From an uncultured Candidatus Peribacteria bacterium (GTDB lineage Bacteria > Patescibacteriota > Gracilibacteria > Peribacterales > Peribacteraceae): 45,090 nucleotides of DNA. The stretch lies in assembly GCA_964623835.1 (NCBI GenBank), contig CAZUVN010000002.1, positions 1 to 45,090 on the forward strand, given 5' to 3'. This document shows positions 28,139 to 34,381 of this stretch, piece by piece. The first letter of the stretch is position 1; the number at the start of each line of letters is the position of its first letter. The notes under the pieces are model-generated. The model ran no database searches. It worked only from the letters and a program-made list of their open reading frames with translations, and was not told the DNA's origin. Both the position numbers and the translations under genes were made by a program.

Positions 28139-28477
28139 ATGCGTCGACAGTGGAAGCCGCGAACGGCTGTCAGGCTCCGCCCATTCGAGCGGGAGACAGA
28201 TCGAAACACAGCTCATGCCTTGCGCAATGCCCTGGCGAGTTACTGGTTCGGTCGACGGCCTTACAAGAACACAACTGTCCTGTGGTACTTTGGAAAGGCA
28301 TTCGCTCGGCTGACAGGAAATCGATGGATCGTCTTCGGACACGTTCCGGAGTGCATCATCGATCGAGCCACATCTGCTCTGGGTGAACTTGATGGAATGC
28401 CACCCCATCATGCTCGACGAAAGATCTTGAACTTCATTCTGCAGTTGCGTGAAATGCAATCCGCACTCGCTGCGTGA
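28139..28477 (+). CDS. Hypothetical basic protein
   Basis: 112 aa from MRRQWKPRT, with a weak AAGGA 9 nt upstream. I recognise no motif. A hairpin terminator follows. Confidence 0.5.
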   Translation: MRRQWKPRTAVRLRPFERETDRNTAHALRNALASYWFGRRPYKNTTVLWYFGKAFARLTGNRWIVFGHVPECIIDRATSALGELDGMPPHHARRKILNFILQLREMQSALAA

Positions 28478-28510
28478 TTCTCGGAACCTTCTTCAGAAAG
28501 GACCTCCCAA

Positions 28511-28542
28511 TCCGGCCCTCCATACGGAGTGCCGGATTTTTT
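28511..28542 (+). terminator. Rho-independent terminator
   Basis: TCCGGCCCTCC-atac-GGAGTGCCGGA followed by TTTTTT. Confidence 0.7.
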
Positions 28543-28588
28543 CATGTGTTTCATAGAGCTAATGACTCGATTGATTTATGATTGACCT

Positions 28589-28873
28589 ATGTTCACCCGC
28601 ATCCTTTCTTTCATTCGTGCGTACCCCAAACTCGTCAACGACCCGGCTGTTCCAGCAAAGGCGAAATATCTCCCCTTGCTCGCACTCGTGTATGTGATTG
28701 TCCCGATTGATCTCATTCCGGATTTCTTTCTGCTCCTTGGTCAAATCGACGATATCGGCATCACTCTCATTCTTCTCACCATGGCAATGCGAATCTATGA
28801 TCAGACACCCGCCCAACGGGAAAAGAAGAGATACGGGGACGTAATTGACGTAGAAGCCCTTAAAAAGGGCTAG
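28589..28873 (+). CDS. DUF1232 (YkvA-family) membrane protein
   Basis: Motif YVIVPIDLIPDFFLLLGQIDDIGI (the PxDxIPDxxPxxGxxDD signature). TATGAT lies 6 nt upstream of the ATG. Confidence 0.8.
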   Translation: MFTRILSFIRAYPKLVNDPAVPAKAKYLPLLALVYVIVPIDLIPDFFLLLGQIDDIGITLILLTMAMRIYDQTPAQREKKRYGDVIDVEALKKG

Positions 28874-28889
28874 GATCGGTAAAATTTTC

Positions 28890-28918
28890 TTGCAAAGCCA
28901 GATAGACATCGGTATAAA
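28890..28918 (+). promoter_or_regulatory. Promoter about 220 nt upstream of rpsB
   Basis: TTGCAA (28890-28895), 17 nt, TATAAA (28913-28918). No ORF lies between it and rpsB. Confidence 0.55.
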
Positions 28919-29115
28919 GCACGCACCACCGAATGCCGATCGCTGCGGTCCTGATCCCGAAGGGATCACTCTGAGCTAGTCGAAGAGTGCCTTCCCCAAC
29001 GGAATATCCTCCGCATTAGGCGAAAAGACGCATTCGGGCAGCCCCCAAGGATTTGATCACTGCCTTCTCTGTTGCACCCACTAAGGGTGTCGATCGCGTC
29101 GATCAACTCTGCTTT

Positions 29116-29138
29116 TACCTCCTAGTTCCTACCTCCTA
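29116..29138 (+). promoter_or_regulatory. Tandem TACCTCCTA elements immediately upstream of the rpsB start
   Basis: TACCTCCTA at 29116-29124 and at 29130-29138. The second copy ends 5 nt before ATG 29144. Confidence 0.4.
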
Positions 29139-29143
29139 TCGTT

Positions 29144-29893
29144 ATGCCTATCCCGTCTGAAGCCGAACTGCTGGAACATGCCTGCCACTTCGGCCACCCC
29201 CAGGCTAAATGGAACCCAAAAATCGCGCCGTACCTCTATGGCACGCGCAAGGGTATTCATATTTTCGATCTTGAGCAGACACGCAAGGGTCTGATTGAGG
29301 TTGTTGATGCACTAAAAGCACTGCAGTCCGCCGGCAAGACCGTCTTGTTCGTCTCGACCAAGCAGCAGAGCATCCCGTTGATTGAAGATCTTGGTCACAA
29401 GTTGAATCAGCCGATTGTCACCAAGAAATGGATTCCGGGACTCCTGACAAACTGGCCGACGATCAAGCGCCGCTTGCAGTACTATCTCGATCTCCGCCGC
29501 AGTTTCCAGACCGGTGAAGTGGAAAAGTACACGAAGAAGGAGCAAACAGAATTGCGCAAAGAGCTGACAAAGCTTGATGCCGCACTCTCCGGTGTTGCCG
29601 CCATGCACGGTCTGCCAGACGCACTCTTCGTCGTTGACGCGGTGCGCGACCACGTCGCGGTGCTCGAAGCGAAGAAGCTTGGCATCCCGGTCTACGGCAT
29701 CTGCGATTCCAACGCCGACCCCGATGAACTGACAGCCTGCATTCCTGCAAACGACGATGCCGTCCGTTCCATCCAAATCTTGCTCGACACGATCCTGCAC
29801 GAACTGCAGGCTGTGCGCAGCAAGAAACAGGAACAAGTCGTAAACAAAGAAGAAGAGCCCGAAGAGCGCACAGTGATCGGCGGCTCATACTAA
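29144..29893 (+). CDS. rpsB: 30S ribosomal protein S2
   Basis: Motifs LLEHACHFGHPQAKWNPKIAPYLYGTRKGIHIFDL, VLFVSTKQQ and LPDALFVVD...EAKKLGIPVYGICDSNADPD. Confidence 0.97.
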   Translation: MPIPSEAELLEHACHFGHPQAKWNPKIAPYLYGTRKGIHIFDLEQTRKGLIEVVDALKALQSAGKTVLFVSTKQQSIPLIEDLGHKLNQPIVTKKWIPGLLTNWPTIKRRLQYYLDLRRSFQTGEVEKYTKKEQTELRKELTKLDAALSGVAAMHGLPDALFVVDAVRDHVAVLEAKKLGIPVYGICDSNADPDELTACIPANDDAVRSIQILLDTILHELQAVRSKKQEQVVNKEEEPEERTVIGGSY

Positions 29894-29927
29894 GATATTC
29901 TATCCTCGACTTCTCCATCCTAGCTCC

Positions 29928-29936
29928 TACCTCCTA
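29928..29936 (+). promoter_or_regulatory. Third TACCTCCTA element, 6 nt upstream of the tsf start
   Basis: TCCTAGCTCCTACCTCCTA (29918-29936) matches the rpsB-proximal TCCTAGTTCCTACCTCCTA at 18 of 19 positions. Confidence 0.4.
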
Positions 29937-29942
29937 GATATC

Positions 29943-30716
29943 ATGGACATCTCCGCAGCATCCATTCAATCACTTCGCGCCCGCACGGGCGTCTCCATCT
30001 CCGCCGTCAAAGACGCGCTTGTTGAAGCAGGCGGCGACGAGGAAAAGGCAATCGAGCTTCTCCGCAAGCGCGGTATTGCACAGGCCGCAAAAAAGGCCGA
30101 TCGCGAGCAGGGCGAGGGACTTGTCTTCCAGAAAGAAGAAGGCAGCCGCTCCGTCATGTTCATTCTCCGCTGTGAAACGGACTTCGTTGCTCGCGATGAA
30201 AACTTCGCCAAAACCGGCGAGGAAATTGTCGCAACACTCTTTGCAGACGGGCTCGATGCAGCCAAGGCAAAGGCTGCAGAACTGGTTCCCGATCTTGTCC
30301 AGAAGCTCGGCGAGAATATTACCGCCGACGATATGCACGCAATTGAAGCCCCTGTCATTGGCAGCTACCTGCACAGCAACCGCAAGATCGGCGTGATCAT
30401 CGGACTGGAGGGTTCCACCAAAGAAACAGCGCGTGACATCGCGATGCACGCTGCCGCTTTGAGCCCACGCTACGTTCACCCCGAAGAAGTGGGAGAAGAC
30501 GTTCTGGAAAAAGAGAAGGAGATCTGGCGCGAGCAGATGAGCAAAGAGGGCAAGCCCGAGGCAATGTGGGACAAGATCATGATGGGCAAGGAGAAAAAGT
30601 TCCGCGAGGAAAACGCCATCACCAAGCAGAGCTTTGTAAAAGACCCAAGCAAGACCGTCGAGCAGCACTTGGATGGCGGCAAAATTACAACCTACGTCCG
30701 CGTTTCAGTCGCGTAA
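29943..30716 (+). CDS. tsf: Translation elongation factor Ts
   Basis: N-terminal UBA-like IQSLRARTGVSISAVKDALVEAGGDEEKAIELLRKRG, plus AALSPRYVHPEEV...EKEKEIWREQ. Confidence 0.93.
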   Translation: MDISAASIQSLRARTGVSISAVKDALVEAGGDEEKAIELLRKRGIAQAAKKADREQGEGLVFQKEEGSRSVMFILRCETDFVARDENFAKTGEEIVATLFADGLDAAKAKAAELVPDLVQKLGENITADDMHAIEAPVIGSYLHSNRKIGVIIGLEGSTKETARDIAMHAAALSPRYVHPEEVGEDVLEKEKEIWREQMSKEGKPEAMWDKIMMGKEKKFREENAITKQSFVKDPSKTVEQHLDGGKITTYVRVSVA

Positions 30717-30766
30717 AACGAAAGGACACCAGGATACAACTCACAAGGTACAAAGAAATCACAATA

Positions 30767-30804
30767 AAAGAAGGGCCAATATCTATACGATTTGGCCCTT
30801 CTTT
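30767..30804. terminator. Bidirectional hairpin terminator between tsf and the convergent Cys-repeat gene
   Basis: AAAGAAGGGCCAA-(12-nt loop)-TTGGCCCTTCTTT, with A/T runs on both sides. Confidence 0.7.
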
Positions 30805-30842
30805 GGATTACTTGTTTTTTGTGTCCTTGGACACTTCGCCTC

Positions 30843-32597
30843 TTACCACTTCTGCCACGGCATCTCGATCTGATCGAGAGGAACGTCGTCGATGGAGTCG
30901 GCAATCTTCTCGCCTGCCACTTTCGCAACCAACGAGTGAAGATTCTTCCGGAAGACGAAAGCCATGACCGCTGCAAGTCCGAAGAGTCCGGCCATCACAC
31001 TTACGGTGACAAACGGGAATGACTCGATCATGGTTGCAGGAGCAGCGCGCTTCAGCTCGGTACAGTCCGGACCGCAATCCTCGCCACCGTCACACTCCTC
31101 ACTTTCATCAATCACGCGGTCACCGCAGCGTGCCGCACGACAATCCATACGACAGGAATTTGCTTTGCTGTCGGAATTGTCGCGACCGTTGTCGCACTCT
31201 TCCTTTGAACTGAGCAAGCCGTCGCCGCAGGTCGGAACCTTGCAGAGCGTCGTACAACTGTCGTCATTGTTATCGTTTCCATCGTCGCAGTATTCACCAG
31301 GCTGCAGCAATCCATCGCCACATTTGGGCTTTTTACATTCAACGGAGCACGAGTCATTATCGCTCTGGTTTCCGTCATCACACTCCTCCTGGCCTTCGCG
31401 GACACCGTTGCCACACAGAGGGAGCTTGCACAGGTTATTACAGCCGTCTGTATTTAAGCGATTACCGTCATCACACTCCTCACCGGCAGCAATTTGCAGA
31501 ACGCTATCGCCACAACGGGCCATAATGCACTGGTTCGTACAGGCATCCGTATCAACCTTGTTGGCATCGTCACATTCTTCGCCAAGTTGAACCACACCGT
31601 CGCCGCAGGAAGGCAGCGTACAGGTATTGGTACATCCATCGCTTCCGACAAGATTTCCATCATCGCACTGCTCTCCCAAAGCAATCTGCACGATCTGGTC
31701 GCCGCAGCGCGGGTTCTTACACGCGTTCGTGCAAGAATCATTGTTCATCTGGTTTCCATCGTCACATTCCTCTCCACTCTGAACGCTTCCGTCACCGCAA
31801 GCAGGAGACTTACATGTATTGCTACAGGCATCCGTGTCGATGCGATTGCCGTCGTCACACTGTTCCCAGATAGCGACGAGTCCGTCTCCACACTGAGCGA
31901 TGCGACAGGCATTGGTACAAGCATCTGTATCGACCTTGTTCGCATCATCACACTGTTCACCGGTATCGATCACGCCGTTTCCACAGATGTTCTGCCCTGC
32001 ATTAGTCTGACCTGCAGTTGATGTCGTTTGACCCGAAGCCGTCGCAGCGGCAGACGACTTCGATTGAGATGCCAGTGTCAGCTGTTGCGCTGAGTTGGTG
32101 GATGATGCAGCGCAGGCAGGCAGGAAATTGCGCTTGCAGCCGCCGGAACAGACGCCGTCTTTGTCACACGTCGGAACCGTACAGATCGCACCGCAGGACG
32201 GCGCAAGGTAGCGTGTCTCAATGATTAACTCGCCAGTCGCAGGATCCAATGCATACACTTCTTCAGACTCCGGTTCACATTCTTCTTTGAGGGCCGGAGA
32301 AATAAGTCCGTCACCGCAGAAAAGCTGCACACAGTCTTTGGTGCAGTTACTGAATCCGTTTTTGGTACTTCCCAAATCACATTCCTCTCCCGCATCAACA
32401 ACTCCATTACCACACATCAGTGACCGGCTGCTGCTTGATGCGGCTTTCACCGGACAACCCGATGTCCCGTACGCCTTACCGACACAGTCGGATATGAGAT
32501 CCGCACTAAATGCTCCGCTGGAGAGCGCGACAACCGCCGCCATTGCCGTGAGGCCGAGTACCGACAGGGTTGTATAGGAGGGTGGGTGTTTGTTCAT
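30843..32597 (-). CDS. Secreted, C-terminally TM-anchored protein made of Myxococcus-type cysteine-rich repeats (CGDG...EECDDGN...D.C...C)
   Basis: Signal peptide MNKHPPSYTTLSVLGLTAMAAVVALSSGAFSA. Two N-terminal repeat units and ten tandem ones. TM segment FVTVSVMAGLFGLAAVMAFVF, followed by a 35-aa tail. Confidence 0.85.
   Translation of the reverse strand: MNKHPPSYTTLSVLGLTAMAAVVALSSGAFSADLISDCVGKAYGTSGCPVKAASSSSRSLMCGNGVVDAGEECDLGSTKNGFSNCTKDCVQLFCGDGLISPALKEECEPESEEVYALDPATGELIIETRYLAPSCGAICTVPTCDKDGVCSGGCKRNFLPACAASSTNSAQQLTLASQSKSSAAATASGQTTSTAGQTNAGQNICGNGVIDTGEQCDDANKVDTDACTNACRIAQCGDGLVAIWEQCDDGNRIDTDACSNTCKSPACGDGSVQSGEECDDGNQMNNDSCTNACKNPRCGDQIVQIALGEQCDDGNLVGSDGCTNTCTLPSCGDGVVQLGEECDDANKVDTDACTNQCIMARCGDSVLQIAAGEECDDGNRLNTDGCNNLCKLPLCGNGVREGQEECDDGNQSDNDSCSVECKKPKCGDGLLQPGEYCDDGNDNNDDSCTTLCKVPTCGDGLLSSKEECDNGRDNSDSKANSCRMDCRAARCGDRVIDESEECDGGEDCGPDCTELKRAAPATMIESFPFVTVSVMAGLFGLAAVMAFVFRKNLHSLVAKVAGEKIADSIDDVPLDQIEMPWQKW
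31059..31985 (-). repeat. Coding tandem array of ten ~31-aa Cys-rich units
   Basis: Residues 205-513. Example units: CGDGLVAIWEQCDDGNRIDTDACSNTCKSPA and CGDGSVQSGEECDDGNQMNNDSCTNACKNPR. Confidence 0.85.
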
Positions 32598-32610
32598 AAA
32601 TGTTCTATTT

Positions 32611-32619
32611 AGTATAGCA
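32611..32619 (-). promoter_or_regulatory. Extended -10 (TGCTATACT) for the Cys-repeat gene
   Basis: Minus strand: TGCTATACT, then 13 nt, then ATG 32597. Confidence 0.5.
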
Positions 32620-32688
32620 GATTTTGCATTTGGAGACCAGACCCAGTTTTGGCTGTTTGATATTTCTCTGGTGGTCGTATGTCATTTA

Positions 32689-32697
32689 TGCTATACT
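32689..32697 (+). promoter_or_regulatory. Extended -10 (TGCTATACT) 7 nt upstream of the response-regulator ATG; leaderless geometry
   Basis: TGCTATACT, aagagca, ATG 32705. Confidence 0.55.
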
Positions 32698-32704
32698 AAG
32701 AGCA

Positions 32705-33088
32705 ATGAAACCAGACATCCTCATTGCCGAAGACGACGCCGTTCTGCGTAACCTCTATATTAAGAAGTTCTCGGTTGCCGGTTTTCCTATCCGCGCGGTA
32801 GAAGACGGTGAACAGGCAATACAGGAGCTGCAGACCCGTTTCCCGGATGTGCTTGTTTTGGACATTCACATGCCAAAAATGGATGGATTTCAGGTTCTGG
32901 AAAAGTATCCGCCTGCCGTCCGCAAGTTTCCGGTAATTATGCTGACGAACTTCGCCGATGAGCGTTCCAAGGAGCGTGGTCGGGAACTGGGTGCGGATGA
33001 CTATTTCATTAAGAAAGACATGACCATTAAAAGCCTTCTCGAGATGGTCGAGCGCGTCCACACCGAGTGGAAAGCGAAGCATCCGTAA
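32705..33088 (+). CDS. Single-domain (CheY-like) response regulator
   Basis: MKPDILIAEDD, then VLVLDIHMPKMDG (phospho-acceptor Asp), then VIMLT and DDYFIKKD. No output domain and no kinase gene in the window. Confidence 0.9.
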   Translation: MKPDILIAEDDAVLRNLYIKKFSVAGFPIRAVEDGEQAIQELQTRFPDVLVLDIHMPKMDGFQVLEKYPPAVRKFPVIMLTNFADERSKERGRELGADDYFIKKDMTIKSLLEMVERVHTEWKAKHP

Positions 33089-33123
33089 TTTCCGCCGAGC
33101 GCGTTTCGCGCTACCCTCCCCGT

Positions 33124-34299
33124 ATGATCCGTCCTACATCTTGGCGGGACCTGTTGAACGGCAGAGGATTCAGGACGTCTATCAAGGCAGCTTTGCGGTA
33201 TCTGTTGGGTAAAAGAGGACATCGTCTCGTCTACTGGCTACGCACGTACTACCGACTGCGTTTGCTGGTCATTCTGGAAACAACCGATCAAATTGCGAAA
33301 ATCGCCCGTCGCCGAGAGGCAAAATTATGGGTCGACGGGCCGGAATCATTCCGTCGCCTAGAAGTATTAATACGTCAGGCTCGCCAGCAGATTGTGGTGC
33401 AGACATTCATCTGGAAAAACGATACGACAGGACGATGGATGGCGCGCTTGCTGCTGGAGGCGGCGGAGCGCGGGGTCAACGTCGATATCACCAAAGAAGC
33501 CGTCGGCGACTTCTTCGAATTTCATGGGGATTTCTTGGGAACCAAAGAAGATCAAACCGCTCCGTGGCCTGCCTTCTGGTCGCACCCGAACATCCGCATC
33601 CGGCATGCGGTCAATAATGACCACGCGAAAGTGTTCATCATCGATAACCACACACTGCTTTTGACCGGCATGAACATCGCCGACGAATATCGGTACACCT
33701 TTCATGACTACATGGTGGAGCTGCGTGGAGAGCGCTTTGTGGAGCGGTTTTTGACCCGTCAATCGATGGACATCCACAGCGGCCCGGTTCGACTGGTGAT
33801 GAATACCGAGGACAGCCAAGATTTGCGACCGGTGCTCATGTCGTTGCTGAAAGAAGCAAAAGAGCAGATCGTTATTGAGCACTGTTACATCTCCGATGCA
33901 GACGTGATCGATGCGCTCATTGCAGCAAGCAAAAAGGGAATCCGTGTCACGGTACTTCTGCCCGATTGGGTGGAATTCCATCACCATGCGAATATGGTCG
34001 CAATCGGACGCCTGATTACCTACGGCCACAACGGTATGGTCTCGGTGCACCTGTATCCCGGAAAATTCCATGCAAAGGTTATTTTGGTGGATTATACAAC
34101 GGCGTTCATCGGCTCAATGAACCTCTTTAAAGCCTCGATCGATGAAATGGGCGAGGTAAACGTGGTGATTCGCAAGCATCATCGCGTGCTCTGGAAACTG
34201 CGTGAGTCTCTGCGTCAAACCGTCTTCGTTTCCCGACCGCTAAACAGTCCCCCGCCCTTCCTCTGGATCTCCCGTTGGTTGGCCTGGTTAGGCCTGTAA
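33124..34299 (+). CDS. Phospholipase D superfamily protein with two HKD motifs, cardiolipin-synthase-like
   Basis: HAKVFIIDNHTLLLTGMNIADEY and HAKVILVDYTTAFIGSMNLF. Start taken at MIRPTSW (ATG 33124). Confidence 0.85.
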   Translation: MIRPTSWRDLLNGRGFRTSIKAALRYLLGKRGHRLVYWLRTYYRLRLLVILETTDQIAKIARRREAKLWVDGPESFRRLEVLIRQARQQIVVQTFIWKNDTTGRWMARLLLEAAERGVNVDITKEAVGDFFEFHGDFLGTKEDQTAPWPAFWSHPNIRIRHAVNNDHAKVFIIDNHTLLLTGMNIADEYRYTFHDYMVELRGERFVERFLTRQSMDIHSGPVRLVMNTEDSQDLRPVLMSLLKEAKEQIVIEHCYISDADVIDALIAASKKGIRVTVLLPDWVEFHHHANMVAIGRLITYGHNGMVSVHLYPGKFHAKVILVDYTTAFIGSMNLFKASIDEMGEVNVVIRKHHRVLWKLRESLRQTVFVSRPLNSPPPFLWISRWLAWLGL

Positions 34300-34358
34300 A
34301 AGACATCCGTCCGGCGTAGTCCGTACAGACGAAGTCGGATGATTTTCTGCATGAAATC

Positions 34359-34367
34359 TGCTATACT
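34359..34367 (+). promoter_or_regulatory. Extended -10 (TGCTATACT) for the VirD4-like gene
   Basis: TGCTATACT, then 14 nt, then ATG 34382. Confidence 0.5.
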
Positions 34368-34381
34368 GGTACGATAGTTTC

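Noticed and set aside
28919-29143. The possibility that the long rpsB upstream region encodes a known small RNA (SRP/4.5S RNA, 6S RNA, tmRNA or RNase P RNA).
   Set aside because: I could not find the conserved SRP domain IV motif (GGAA/GCAGC-type loops), the tmRNA ends (GGGG...CCA with a T-arm) or RNase P-sized conserved blocks. It is kept only as an unclassified leader.
31059-31985. Periodic ~93-nt DNA repetition that could be mistaken for a CRISPR-like or satellite array.
   Set aside because: The periodicity is in-frame coding repetition of the Cys-rich protein. The units are divergent at the DNA level, there are no unique spacers, and no cas genes are present.
34300-34358. Hairpin CATCCG...CGGATG after the PLD-like gene as a terminator.
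   Set aside because: It has only 6 bp closing a loop of more than 20 nt with poor internal pairing. That is too weak to call, although ATTTTCT follows it.
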